From positions 1-55,792 of the IMG/VR virus record IMGVR_UViG_3300032288_001605: a stretch of DNA of 55,792 nt; one strand, given 5' to 3'. The notes under the pieces were generated by a model, which was given only the letters and a program-made list of their open reading frames with translations, searched no databases and was not told the DNA's origin. Shown one piece after another: positions 1 to 9,870 of the stretch. This stretch comes from a virus (Duplodnaviria; Caudoviricetes). Positions within the stretch are counted from its first letter, which is position 1. Each line of letters begins with the position of its first letter. The translations under genes and the position numbers were made by a program.

Positions 1-448
1 TACAGGAATGGAAGCCAACACCCTCGTTCTTGGTTACGATGTTTTCAAGTCTCTTAAGAATCACCCAGACTTGGTTGACCGTATCAAGTACACATCTTCA
101 CAGACCATTACAACCGACATGCTCGCGGCAATGTTTGACATTCCTCGCGTTATGGTTGCTAAGGCAGTTAAGGCAACAAACAAAGAAGGTATCGCAGATG
201 CTTATGGCTTTGCTTTCGGCAAGGGCGCTCTTCTTACCCACGTTGCTCCACAGCCGGGTCTACTAACACCATCCGCTGGTTACACATTCTCATGGACTGG
301 CGTATCAGGCGGACTTGGCGCAACAATCGGAACTTCACAGTTCCGTATGGAATCCATCAAGTCTGACCGTGTTGAAGCAGAAATGGCTTTCGATAACAAA
401 GTCATCGGTGCTGACCTCGGTTACTTCTGGAACACAATCGTCGCTTAG
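1..448 (+). CDS. Major capsid protein, C-terminal part (5'-truncated by window)
   Basis: Open from the window start; NTLVLG...LKNHP motif and C-terminal 'GYFWNTIVA' resemble lambda gpE-like capsids; followed by a terminator and head/fibre genes. Confidence 0.75.
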   Translation, partial: TGMEANTLVLGYDVFKSLKNHPDLVDRIKYTSSQTITTDMLAAMFDIPRVMVAKAVKATNKEGIADAYGFAFGKGALLTHVAPQPGLLTPSAGYTFSWTGVSGGLGATIGTSQFRMESIKSDRVEAEMAFDNKVIGADLGYFWNTIVA

Positions 449-460
449 TTAAGTACGGAT

Positions 461-493
461 GAAAGGGGAGAGCCTTGAAACTCTCCCCTTTCA
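461..493 (+). terminator. Intrinsic terminator after capsid gene
   Basis: AAAGGGGAGAG / CTCTCCCCTTT inverted repeat with an 8-nt loop, followed by T-rich sequence. Confidence 0.7.
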
Positions 494-511
494 CTTATTA
501 AGGAGAAATAA

Positions 512-856
512 ATGGCATTGCCAAACAGAATTTCAAAAGGTGAAGTTGCAGTCGGAGCACTACAAGTAGGCGCTAACGATACTGTTTACGGTATCGAATT
601 CGGAACAGTTGCAATTGACCCAGCGTCAATTAACGCAACAAGTCGCGGTGCAACAACATTCACACTTACAGGTGCGGCTACAACCGACATCATTATTGTG
701 AATCCACCATCAACACTAAATGATGATTTAATTTTCGCTGGAGCCGCAGTTACAGCCGCAGATGAAGTCACCGTTTATCTTTATAATCCAACAGCAGGTT
801 CAATCAATCAAGGAGAAGCAACATTCTCTTATGTTTGGATTGACACAACTGCATGA
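512..856 (+). CDS. Putative virion structural / capsid decoration protein
   Basis: AGGAG RBS; Thr/Ala-rich beta protein directly after the capsid gene. Confidence 0.5.
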   Translation: MALPNRISKGEVAVGALQVGANDTVYGIEFGTVAIDPASINATSRGATTFTLTGAATTDIIIVNPPSTLNDDLIFAGAAVTAADEVTVYLYNPTAGSINQGEATFSYVWIDTTA

Positions 857-1059
857 GCCTAAAAGCACAAATCCTAAAGAAAATGACAGTAGGAGATATT
901 GACCTACTGCCGGGAGATGTTGTTGTTTGTGACGGTTGGAAAAATCTTAAATCGCTTCAATCAAGTAGATACATAACTCTGATTCAGGATTCAAATGAAT
1001 CTGAGATAATTGAAAAGAAAGTGCCAGTAGCCCCTAAAAAGGTGAAGAAAACTAAGTAA
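853..1059 (+). CDS. Hypothetical protein with basic C-terminus
   Basis: ATGA overlap with the upstream gene. Confidence 0.6.
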   Translation: MSLKAQILKKMTVGDIDLLPGDVVVCDGWKNLKSLQSSRYITLIQDSNESEIIEKKVPVAPKKVKKTK

Positions 1060-1066
1060 TCCCGAT

Positions 1067-1089
1067 AGGGGCGGGTAAAACCGCCCCTT
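1067..1089 (+). terminator. GC-rich hairpin, possible terminator
   Basis: AGGGGCGG-GTAAAA-CCGCCCCT inverted repeat; weak U tract. Confidence 0.5.
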
Positions 1090-1106
1090 GAGGTTAAGGA
1101 GTCAGA

Positions 1107-1694
1107 GTGCCATTAACGCCGAATTGGACCGTAATTCCCGTTGGTACTACTTACGTTGACGTAGAGGGTAATCCAATTGCGGGTCAAGTTAAATTCACTC
1201 CGCGACCAATAGTGACCGATGCGGTCTATGGTCAAATCATTGTTAATAACACAATCACAGCAACTTTAGATAACACGGGTTCTTTCGTTGTTTATTTACC
1301 AGCGACCGATGACCCAGATGTTGTCCCCAATGGATTCACTTATGTAGTCGAGGAAGCCTTTCCTAACGGACGTACCTACGACATTGAGGTGCCGCGCAAT
1401 ACTGTAGGTACCCTAAATCTCGCTACGTTGGTCCCTACGACCCCTAATGCTGGAGTTGCCTCTCTTTATACCTCCCTAGCCCAATACTTCAACATACAAG
1501 GTCGTGTGACCGTTATTGAGGGCTATTCGCAGAGCATTGCGGCGGCGGCAGTCTCAACAAACTTCACGGCTCTTCAATCCACAAACGCTACGGCTCAAGC
1601 GGTGAACTCTTCAGCCCAAGCCACTATCGCGGCTCAGAATCTTCAATCCATTAATGCCAGATACTTCAATCCCCTCTTCTTGGCTGGTGTCTAA
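1107..1694 (+). CDS. Virion structural protein, minor-tail-like (paralog of 1694..2320)
   Basis: Shares GNPIAGQ-x-x-FT, TATLDNTGSF, LP-x-T-x-D-x-D and Y-x-V-x-E-x-FP-x-GR with the next gene. Confidence 0.6.
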   Translation: MPLTPNWTVIPVGTTYVDVEGNPIAGQVKFTPRPIVTDAVYGQIIVNNTITATLDNTGSFVVYLPATDDPDVVPNGFTYVVEEAFPNGRTYDIEVPRNTVGTLNLATLVPTTPNAGVASLYTSLAQYFNIQGRVTVIEGYSQSIAAAAVSTNFTALQSTNATAQAVNSSAQATIAAQNLQSINARYFNPLFLAGV

Positions 1695-2320
1695 TGGCAT
1701 TGCCCGTCAACGTATCAACGAGAACTGTTGTCGGAACTTTTGTCGACTATGACGGAAATCCAATAGCGGGTCAAATTCGCTTTACCTTGCCTTCAACTCT
1801 TACCGATGCTGGAGCAGGAACCTTCATTGTGAAGTCTTCAGAAACCGCAACTTTAGATAACACGGGTTCATTTTCTGTGACCCTCCCAGTCACAAACGAT
1901 GTCGACTTAGACCCACTCAATTATCTCTACACGGTAGATGAGTTGTTTCCTAAAGGTCGGTCATACACCATAAGTTTGCCAGCGGGTGCGACAATCAATA
2001 TTGCAACCCTCGCTCCAATAGATACTTTCATTCAATATTATTCTCTCGCCAATTCTCAACTATGGGATATCGTTGTTGATAGATTCGAGATAGAAGAACC
2101 AAAATATAGTGCCGCTGGTTATTTACCTATACCTGCGGGATATACAGGAGTTTCCCCAATTTCCCTTGGGGTTATGCAAGGAATTCAAGGCACAGTCGCC
2201 ACACATTATTCCAACGTACAGGCTCAGTCGGTCATTGCATCTGCTAACCTTGTCTCTGCGGAAGCCTCACTCGACGAAGCCGAGAAAAAGGTTATCCATT
2301 TCATGCTTTTAGGGTTATAG
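1694..2320 (+). CDS. Virion structural protein, minor-tail-like (paralog of 1107..1694)
   Basis: TAATG coupling; same N-terminal domain as the previous gene. Confidence 0.6.
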   Translation: MALPVNVSTRTVVGTFVDYDGNPIAGQIRFTLPSTLTDAGAGTFIVKSSETATLDNTGSFSVTLPVTNDVDLDPLNYLYTVDELFPKGRSYTISLPAGATINIATLAPIDTFIQYYSLANSQLWDIVVDRFEIEEPKYSAAGYLPIPAGYTGVSPISLGVMQGIQGTVATHYSNVQAQSVIASANLVSAEASLDEAEKKVIHFMLLGL

Positions 2321-2329
2321 GAGAAGAAA

Positions 2330-2659
2330 ATGCCAACAGCCTATAAGGTGCTAGGACAATCAGCACCTAGCGCGACAACTGATACCACTCTCTATACCGT
2401 CCCAGCGGCGACAGAAACAATTGTTTCCACTATCACGGTCTGTAATAGAGGGACCGCAAGTGCGAACTTTAGAATCGCTATTCGTCCTGACGGAGCGACA
2501 ATCGCTAATCAGCACTACATAGCCTACGACGTTTTGATTAACGGAAACAGCCTTAGCGCTTTAACTCTAGGATTAACATTAAACGCAAGCGATGTAATCA
2601 CAGTACGTTCAACAACTGCTGATTTAACATTTAACGCTTACGGAAGCGAGATTTCATAA
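2330..2659 (+). CDS. Small beta-rich virion protein
   Basis: AGGAG RBS; MPTAYKVLGQSAP...LYTVP-type protein seen in fibre regions of aquatic phages. Confidence 0.6.
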   Translation: MPTAYKVLGQSAPSATTDTTLYTVPAATETIVSTITVCNRGTASANFRIAIRPDGATIANQHYIAYDVLINGNSLSALTLGLTLNASDVITVRSTTADLTFNAYGSEIS

Positions 2660-4269
2660 TGGCAATTAGTAATTACCCACCCGTTTCAAATGGGGATATG
2701 GATAGAACAATTCATGTATTACCCGGCTCAACAAATTCTAAACCTACTTTTACTGGAGTGCGTAAGGGTATCTATAAACCAATTGAAATAGCCGCTTATC
2801 ATACTTTGGAATCTACCTCTTCATTTTCGCCAGTTCAAAAAAGTACTGCGTATGAATCAGAACTTAAGGGTTTTGTCTCTGGTTATATGGAAAGCGGTTC
2901 AGGCACCCCTTATTACAATGTTAATAATATAAATATATCTAGCGATTCCCAAACTGAAGGTTCTTACTCCGTTTCATATAGCAACAAAGAACCTTCGCAA
3001 AACATAATGGTTTCCACAGATAATACAACTATAAAATTATCAATGAAAACATATCGCACAACAGTAGAACTTCACCGATTTACAATGTGGGAGGGGTCAA
3101 GTCAAGTAAATAGTTACTCATTGCTTCGCGGTAATACGATGCTCACATACATAAGAAGTCGTTCTGGAGGAGTTTACGGTTTTACCACAGGACATTTTAC
3201 TACTATTTATAGATTTGGTACAAATACAACTACATTTTCAACTTCAATCCCATCTCCTACGCTCGTCAATTTAATAAGCGGTTCAGGTTTTACTCACGGC
3301 TGGATTGGCGAAATAGTATACGAAGCGTCGGAGACTAATAAATGGGTAGCAGTTGGAGCGTATGCGGGTAGTAACACTTGGACAGATACGCGCCCAATGA
3401 TTTATTCAAGCACCGACGCTGTAACTTGGACATCACGAACAACGCCCGGAACTTATGCTAATAGCAGTGAAAATTATTACACAGGACACCGTAATGTTAT
3501 TTATCTATCTGGGTCATACTATTGTTCAGGCAACGTCGGCTTGACGTTTTCCCCGTCCCCAATAACATACGCCGCACGCATTTATACATCAACTGATGGC
3601 GCTACTTGGTCTCAGATATATTCAGAACCCTCAGGTGGTGCCGGACAGATTTGGGACTTATGTGGCAATTCATCTGCTACAGATAAGTTCGCTATGTATA
3701 GCAGTGCTAGTGGATATCTTTATACTTCTACTGACGCTATAACTTGGACTAGCAGACCAAGCCTAGCAATCAATGGGTATTATGGTTTGTCTGCAATAAA
3801 CGGTCGTTATTATGTACAGTATACGGACGCAAACAACATTTATCAAATGTCCACATCTACCGATGGTATTACTTGGACTTTGTGTACCATGAAATATGGC
3901 GTTGGAAATTTTAGTTTCTCCAAAATGAAATATGAAGCAGGATATTATTGGAGGTCAGACTACAATGGTGTTTCTGTTTCTACAGATGGAACTACCTTTG
4001 AATTTTATGAAGCAGATGGTTATAAAGATTTATATCAAAGTACGGAAAACTCTATTGCCTACTTCCCACTAGGGTATGAATCTGCTCATGATGGAACAAG
4101 TTTTGGTTGGATAAGAACACCACAAAATAGAGATATTTCAACACCTCAAAACGCCACGCTTTTCTATACTACTGGTTCATTATCTCAATATCTTTATGGT
4201 GTTACTGACCCAGAGAAACAATATATGTTTGCCTTATCGCAACCAAGTGGTTATCCTACTACAGCATGA
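2659..4269 (+). CDS. Asp-box/BNR-repeat beta-propeller protein, putative receptor-binding protein
   Basis: Repeated S-T-D-(G/A)-x-T-W motifs (STDAVTW, STDGATW, STDAITW, STDGITW, STDGTTF); more AT-rich than neighbours. Confidence 0.65.
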   Translation: MAISNYPPVSNGDMDRTIHVLPGSTNSKPTFTGVRKGIYKPIEIAAYHTLESTSSFSPVQKSTAYESELKGFVSGYMESGSGTPYYNVNNINISSDSQTEGSYSVSYSNKEPSQNIMVSTDNTTIKLSMKTYRTTVELHRFTMWEGSSQVNSYSLLRGNTMLTYIRSRSGGVYGFTTGHFTTIYRFGTNTTTFSTSIPSPTLVNLISGSGFTHGWIGEIVYEASETNKWVAVGAYAGSNTWTDTRPMIYSSTDAVTWTSRTTPGTYANSSENYYTGHRNVIYLSGSYYCSGNVGLTFSPSPITYAARIYTSTDGATWSQIYSEPSGGAGQIWDLCGNSSATDKFAMYSSASGYLYTSTDAITWTSRPSLAINGYYGLSAINGRYYVQYTDANNIYQMSTSTDGITWTLCTMKYGVGNFSFSKMKYEAGYYWRSDYNGVSVSTDGTTFEFYEADGYKDLYQSTENSIAYFPLGYESAHDGTSFGWIRTPQNRDISTPQNATLFYTTGSLSQYLYGVTDPEKQYMFALSQPSGYPTTA

Positions 4270-4934
4270 CACACGTCAATTTGATGATTGTTACCCCGGG
4301 TAGAAGTATGCTTCGGGGTTATGTTGAATGCTTATTGGCTACTGCGGCTTATTTAGCCGAGAAAAACATTACTTTCGGTTGGTCAAGTAAGTATAGTTCG
4401 AATGTATATGACTCTCGAGAAATATCTCTAAGTGGAACTTATGAAAATGATATTTCTCATTCGCTCCCATTTGGCGGTGAAATAACATACGATAAAATCC
4501 TATGGATTGATTCTGACATTCTTTGGTCTCCCGAAGATGCTTACAAATTATACATTTCAGATAAAGATGTAATTTCGGGTGTTTATTTTCAAGCCAATGG
4601 AGAGATAATGGCGTTTACAGAATTGTTTGGCGCTCCCTTAACTATGGCAAACATTAAAGGCAAAACGGAGCCATTTGAAATATACGCGGCAGGTTTTGGT
4701 TTTGTATGTTTCAAACAAGGCGTTTTTGAATCATTGTCTAGACCATGGTTTCAAATGGTTTCTGGCACTAAGGTAATGAACGGAGTAGAAGTAACTTTGC
4801 CAATAATGGGCGAAGACCTCTCATTGTTCCATCGCGTAAAACAACTCAATTATTCTATATGGCTTGACCCAAGCGTTATGGCAGGTCATGTAAAATCAGT
4901 TATCTGTACACAGAACGGAATGATTCCAGCATGA
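4266..4934 (+). CDS. GT-A fold glycosyltransferase-like protein
   Basis: LWIDSDI (DxD), AAGFGFV, RPWF, GEDLS and GHVK motifs. Confidence 0.7.
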   Translation: MTHVNLMIVTPGRSMLRGYVECLLATAAYLAEKNITFGWSSKYSSNVYDSREISLSGTYENDISHSLPFGGEITYDKILWIDSDILWSPEDAYKLYISDKDVISGVYFQANGEIMAFTELFGAPLTMANIKGKTEPFEIYAAGFGFVCFKQGVFESLSRPWFQMVSGTKVMNGVEVTLPIMGEDLSLFHRVKQLNYSIWLDPSVMAGHVKSVICTQNGMIPA

Positions 4935-5296
4935 TAAACAATTACAAAGATTATAAGTATTCTATTGAGGATAATAAGGTATCAATATGGATGGTTGAAG
5001 AAAATCCAGACATAGATAAACCGAGTTTATTTCAACCATTTGACCCACATTCAGGCGTTGAGTTTGAAAGTGAAGAAATGGCAAAAGCATGGGCTGAAAA
5101 CCATATAGAAACAAACTATGTAAATCCAAAGATACTTCCATACCCACCTTATATTCGCATGCTACTTAATAAACCAATTGAAGAATTAGCCATGCTACGT
5201 GAAGAAATTAAAATTGAGTTGCCAGAGGATTTACAAACCAAAATTACAGAGTATCTCTCTACGCAGACTCCGCCCACTCCACCTGTAACGGAGTAA
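4931..5296 (+). CDS. Hypothetical protein
   Basis: ATGA-coupled ORF. Confidence 0.55.
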   Translation: MINNYKDYKYSIEDNKVSIWMVEENPDIDKPSLFQPFDPHSGVEFESEEMAKAWAENHIETNYVNPKILPYPPYIRMLLNKPIEELAMLREEIKIELPEDLQTKITEYLSTQTPPTPPVTE

Positions 5297-5301
5297 CTTA
5301 A

Positions 5302-5652
5302 ATGAGTTACATAGCGGGCACATATAACATGAATGCTCGTCAGGGTTCGACATTCACTGAAACCTTGACGGTGCGAATCGGGGCTAATCCTTTGAACATT
5401 ACTGGATATCAAGCCCGCATGATGGTCCGCTCTACCCCGAGTTCATCTACAGTAGTTCTAAATTTGAATACAGAAAACGGAAAGATTTCAATTACGGGTG
5501 CGACAGGAACAATTAACTTAAGCCTCACCGCCGCAGAGATGGATGCTGTTGCGCCTCGCACATATCGCTATGACCTTGAATTAGTTACGGGTGACACAGT
5601 TATCCCGCTATTGGAAGGAGCGTTCATCGTTAAGCCACAGGTGACACGATGA
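5302..5652 (+). CDS. Fibre-associated Ig-like structural protein
   Basis: QGSTF...NITGYQARMMVR...YRYDLEL...LLEG pattern typical of phage fibre adaptors. Confidence 0.6.
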   Translation: MSYIAGTYNMNARQGSTFTETLTVRIGANPLNITGYQARMMVRSTPSSSTVVLNLNTENGKISITGATGTINLSLTAAEMDAVAPRTYRYDLELVTGDTVIPLLEGAFIVKPQVTR

Positions 5653-6011
5653 GCACAATTTCAGTAACAGTCGTTGAGACGCCGATTGATGTCTCGACAA
5701 TAGATGGCGAAATTATCGTCACGCTTAATCCGACTACGGTTAGCGTTGAGGCTTCAACCACTGGTCCACAAGGTCCACAAGGTTTACAAGGTGTCCAAGG
5801 TCCTGCTGGAGATAAGGTTGTTGCATATCGCCATATCCAAAGCGAAACTAGCGATACTTGGGAAATCACCCACAATCTAAATTTCTATCCAAACGTAACT
5901 GTCATTGATTCTGCTGGAACAATTTGTGAAGGCGATATCAATTATGTTTCGCAAAATAGCCTCACCCTCAACTTCGCTGGAGCATTCAGCGGAGAGGCTT
6001 TTCTGTCCTGA
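5649..6011 (+). CDS. Short collagen-containing structural protein
   Basis: [16 protein letters not shown] followed by a WEITHNLNFYPNVTV domain. Confidence 0.65.
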   Translation: MSTISVTVVETPIDVSTIDGEIIVTLNPTTVSVEASTTGPQGPQGLQGVQGPAGDKVVAYRHIQSETSDTWEITHNLNFYPNVTVIDSAGTICEGDINYVSQNSLTLNFAGAFSGEAFLS

Positions 6012-6052
6012 TATACTGTTACCGCCCTTTTTGCCCTTAAGGAGACCCGTAG

Positions 6053-7516
6053 ATGGCACGTAAATTTTTAACGTCACTCGACTTAACTAAACTCGAGTTG
6101 CAGAATGCTCGAATCCAGAATCTTGCCACCGCTCCATCTTCACCTGCGGTCGGTCAAATTTACTTCGATACAGTTTTGGGATATCTCCGCACATGGACAG
6201 GCACAGAATGGGTTAATACCTCTCAGGGCGCACAAGGAACCACTGGAGCACAGGGCGCAACAGGTTCACAGGGCACACAGGGAATTCAGGGCGTACAGGG
6301 CACTACAGGCTCTCAGGGAACTACTGGTGCAACTGGAGCGCAGGGAACGCAAGGCATTCAGGGTGAAACAGGATTACAGGGTCTAACAGGAGCACAAGGA
6401 GCGCAAGGCACACAAGGTCTTGTCGGTGCTCAAGGAACAACAGGTGAAACTGGAGCACAAGGTACAACTGGTTCACAGGGAACAACAGGAGCCACGGGTG
6501 CTCAAGGAACTCAAGGCATTCAAGGTGAGCAAGGTCTACAAGGAATCACAGGCTCACAAGGTTTAACGGGAACTCAAGGCGCAACCGGTTTACAGGGAAC
6601 TACAGGTGCACAGGGCACACAAGGTATCCAAGGTCCACAAGGTACAACTGGTATCCAAGGTACAACTGGTACTCAAGGTGTCGCTGGTTCAGATGCAACA
6701 GTAACCGCTGGAACAGGTATCACCGTCGTAGGTGGTCAAGTATCGATTGATGAAACATATACTGCGACTCGCGCTTATGTTGATTCAGTTGCCGAAGGTT
6801 TACATGTTCATGCCGCAGTTAAAGCCGCTACTACAGCCGCACTATCTGGAACTGTCACTTATGACAATGGAACTTCAGGAGTAGGTGCAACTCTTACCCT
6901 TGGAACATCGCTGACAACTCTTGACGGATATACGCTACAAAATGGCGACCGTATATTGATTAAGAATCAGTCAAATGCGGCTCATAACGGTATTTATACA
7001 TGGGCAACAGGTGGAACAGTTCTTACTCGTGCAACAGATTACGACACTGCCGCTGAGATTGATGCTGGAGACTTCTTCTTTGTCGATAGTGGAACTGTTT
7101 ATTCTGATACTGGTTGGGTTCAAACAAACACAATCACAACAGTTGGCACAGACGCAGTTTCTTTCACTCAGTTCTCGGGTGCTGGAACATACCTCGCTGG
7201 TGATGGTTTAACTCTCACAGGTAACACATTCGATGTCGTTGGCAGTACAGGTATCAGCGTTACCGCTAACGCGGTTGCAGTTGATACAACAACTGTCGCT
7301 CGTAAATATACTGCAACTGTAGGTGATAACTCGGCTACTTCTTTCACTGTAACGCATAACTTTAATACTCGAGGAGTAATGGTTAGCGTTTATACCAACT
7401 CTGGTTCGTATGATGAAGTACAGTGTGACGTTGAAAAGACAGATGCAAACACTGTCACCCTACGTTTTGCAGTAGCACCGACCACAAACCAATACGCAGT
7501 CGCAGTTATCGGTTAA
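6053..7516 (+). CDS. Collagen-like fibre protein
   Basis: About 50 Gly-X-Y triplets (GTQ/GAQ/GIQ/GTT); GDRILIKNQ...NGIY tail-fibre motif; C-terminal THNFNT domain. Confidence 0.75.
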   Translation: MARKFLTSLDLTKLELQNARIQNLATAPSSPAVGQIYFDTVLGYLRTWTGTEWVNTSQGAQGTTGAQGATGSQGTQGIQGVQGTTGSQGTTGATGAQGTQGIQGETGLQGLTGAQGAQGTQGLVGAQGTTGETGAQGTTGSQGTTGATGAQGTQGIQGEQGLQGITGSQGLTGTQGATGLQGTTGAQGTQGIQGPQGTTGIQGTTGTQGVAGSDATVTAGTGITVVGGQVSIDETYTATRAYVDSVAEGLHVHAAVKAATTAALSGTVTYDNGTSGVGATLTLGTSLTTLDGYTLQNGDRILIKNQSNAAHNGIYTWATGGTVLTRATDYDTAAEIDAGDFFFVDSGTVYSDTGWVQTNTITTVGTDAVSFTQFSGAGTYLAGDGLTLTGNTFDVVGSTGISVTANAVAVDTTTVARKYTATVGDNSATSFTVTHNFNTRGVMVSVYTNSGSYDEVQCDVEKTDANTVTLRFAVAPTTNQYAVAVIG

Positions 7517-7534
7517 GAAATAAGGAGGGCGTAA

Positions 7535-8050
7535 ATGAGCCGCCGATTTCTTACTCCGATAAATGTAGTAAGGCTTTCTTCTGAACCTGTTTCTGCTACG
7601 CAGGGCGACCTTTATTACAACACAGGTGATAATCGCCTTTACACCTATAACGGCTCTGCATGGGTTGTCGCTGGACTTCAAGGTGTTCAAGGAACCACTG
7701 GTTCTCAAGGATTGCAAGGAACAACTGGATTACAAGGATTAAACGGTTCTCAAGGAGTTCAAGGAACACAAGGAATCAGTGTTCAAGGATTACAAGGAAT
7801 TCAAGGTCCATCAGGCGGCGGCGGTGGCGGCGGAAACTACACAGTTTCAGATACACCTCCAGTTTCTCCTTCAAATGGCGACACTTGGTTTAATTCATCT
7901 ACAACACGAACTTATGTATACTATGCAGACGGAACAAGTTCACAGTGGGTGGAGGCGTCCTCGCCTGTTGCCGCTGTTGGATTACTCGATGGTGGTTCCG
8001 CTGGTTCTACCTATGGGGGCATCGCCTCTATTAACGCAGGGAGCGCTTAA
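7535..8050 (+). CDS. Collagen-like fibre protein
   Basis: N-terminus related to 6053 (RRFLT..., GDLYYNT...LYTYNGSAW); Gly-X-Gln repeats; GDTWFNS...WVE motif. Confidence 0.7.
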   Translation: MSRRFLTPINVVRLSSEPVSATQGDLYYNTGDNRLYTYNGSAWVVAGLQGVQGTTGSQGLQGTTGLQGLNGSQGVQGTQGISVQGLQGIQGPSGGGGGGGNYTVSDTPPVSPSNGDTWFNSSTTRTYVYYADGTSSQWVEASSPVAAVGLLDGGSAGSTYGGIASINAGSA

Positions 8051-9516
8051 TGCCGATTCAGATACAACTTAGACGAGATACTGCGGCTAATTGGACTTCT
8101 GTAAATCCACTTCTTGCTTCAGGTGAGATGGGTCTTGAAACCGATACAGGAAAATTCAAAGTCGGTGACGGAAGCACTTATTGGAATTCTCTTGCTTATT
8201 CATCTGGTCCTGCTGGAGCACAAGGTGTTCAGGGAACAATTGGAACACAGGGCGCAATTGGTATTCAGGGAAATACTGGAACACAAGGTACACAAGGTGT
8301 TCAGGGCGCACAGGGCACAATAGGAACTCAGGGTCTACAAGGCGTTCAAGGCATTCAAGGAAATACGGGCGCACAGGGTACTCAAGGAATTCAGGGTGCA
8401 CAAGGTATTCAGGGTGCACAAGGAACGCAGGGTATTCAAGGAATACAAGGTACCCAAGGCACTCAAGGTCTTCAAGGAGTTCAGGGTGCAAGTATCCAAG
8501 GAACAACTGGAACTTCTGGAGTCGGCGCAGTTATTCTAAAACAAACAGATTTATATGGTTCGCCAACAACAAGCGGTTCATACACTTGGACTAAGCCAAC
8601 ATCATTTACTCCAGTCTATGTCGATGTTTATGTAGTCGGCGCAGGTGGAGGTGGAGGCGGTGGCTCAGGCTCCGTTGGTACCACATACTCACAAGGTGGC
8701 GGTGGCGGTGGTGGCGGTCAAGTTTCTTATCGTCGCTTAATGGCGGCTGATTTAGGCGCAACTGTCGCTGTCGTAGTCGGTGCTGGTGGCACTGCTGGAA
8801 CTGCTGGTTTAAGAACTGGTTCTGGCACTAACGTTGGTACTTCAGGTGGTAACGGTGGTAACGGTGGCGATTCATCTTTCGGTGGAATTAAAGCAAAAGG
8901 TGGCGGACTCGGCGCTGGTGGTGCTCAATCTAACGCGGCAGTAACCGCAGGTGGAGCAGGAGCCGCTGATGCAATTAACACAGGTTACTCATTACCGATT
9001 GCGATTGAAAGTAATGACGGTGGTTCATCCGCCGCAATAGATAATAACCCTGTTGCCGTAGCAACTCCTGACACTCTTGACTTTACTCCTACTGGTGGCG
9101 GTTATGGAGCATCAACTAACTCGGGTGCCGCAACAACAACTTACAATGGTGAAGCAGGTGGCGATGCTTTGACATTATGGACCACTCTTTCTGGTGGAAC
9201 CGCTGGTGTTGCCGCTACAACTACAGGCGGTAACGGTGGAGCGGGTAATGGGCGAAGTGTAACAATTGATTTCTTAAATAACGTTGCAGATACAACTGGA
9301 ACTTGGATTGGTTCAGGTGGTGGAGGCGGAGCCTCTGCCTATGCCGCTTCTGGTACGGCTACTGGTGGTAACGGTGGAGCAGGTGGCGCTGGAGCAGGTG
9401 GCGGTGGCGGTGGTGGTGCTCGTAACAACACTAACTCTAACCCTAACGCTGGTAACGGTGGAGCAGGTGGCGCTGGAGGTAATGGTCGTGTTCTAATCTT
9501 TACCTACGGTTACTAG
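8050..9516 (+). CDS. Fibre protein: Mtd_N-like N-terminus, collagen repeat and glycine-rich domain
   Basis: IQLRRDTAANWTSVNPLLASGEMGLETDTGKFKVGDG (Mtd_N/hyaluronidase-N pattern); Gly-X-Gln repeats; GAGGGGG-rich C-terminus. Confidence 0.8.
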   Translation: MPIQIQLRRDTAANWTSVNPLLASGEMGLETDTGKFKVGDGSTYWNSLAYSSGPAGAQGVQGTIGTQGAIGIQGNTGTQGTQGVQGAQGTIGTQGLQGVQGIQGNTGAQGTQGIQGAQGIQGAQGTQGIQGIQGTQGTQGLQGVQGASIQGTTGTSGVGAVILKQTDLYGSPTTSGSYTWTKPTSFTPVYVDVYVVGAGGGGGGGSGSVGTTYSQGGGGGGGGQVSYRRLMAADLGATVAVVVGAGGTAGTAGLRTGSGTNVGTSGGNGGNGGDSSFGGIKAKGGGLGAGGAQSNAAVTAGGAGAADAINTGYSLPIAIESNDGGSSAAIDNNPVAVATPDTLDFTPTGGGYGASTNSGAATTTYNGEAGGDALTLWTTLSGGTAGVAATTTGGNGGAGNGRSVTIDFLNNVADTTGTWIGSGGGGGASAYAASGTATGGNGGAGGAGAGGGGGGGARNNTNSNPNAGNGGAGGAGGNGRVLIFTYGY

Positions 9517-9525
9517 GAGAGATAA

Positions 9526-9870
9526 GTGGCGGCAGATTTTCCCAATTCGCCCACGATAGGACAAACCTATACCGTTGGTAATATCACTCGACAGTGGGAT
9601 GGAACCACTTGGTCGATTATCGCTACAACAATTCAAGGTGTAACGGGCGCAACTGGATTGCAAGGCGTTCAAGGAATCACTGGTATTCAAGGTCCACAAG
9701 GTACGCAAGGTGTTCAAGGTCCACAAGGAGTTCAAGGTACACAAGGTCCACAAGGTACGCAGGGATTACAAGGAGTTCAAGGCACTCAGGGAGTGCAAGG
9801 TATTCAGGGAACTGCCGCTTTAGTTACTGCTGACCCTACAGTTGTTGGTTTGATGCTAGGTGGAATGTAA
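9526..9870 (+). CDS. Short collagen-like protein
   Basis: [12 protein letters not shown]...WDGTTW N-terminus plus Gly-X-Gln repeats. Confidence 0.7.
   Translation: MAADFPNSPTIGQTYTVGNITRQWDGTTWSIIATTIQGVTGATGLQGVQGITGIQGPQGTQGVQGPQGVQGTQGPQGTQGLQGVQGTQGVQGIQGTAALVTADPTVVGLMLGGM

Noticed and set aside
8050-9516. Diversity-generating retroelement suggested by the Mtd_N-like domain
   Set aside because: No reverse transcriptase and no template/variable repeat pair seen in the window
6220-9810. Short tandem DNA repeats resembling an array
   Set aside because: Explained by Gly-X-Gln collagen codons; no repeat-spacer structure and no cas genes
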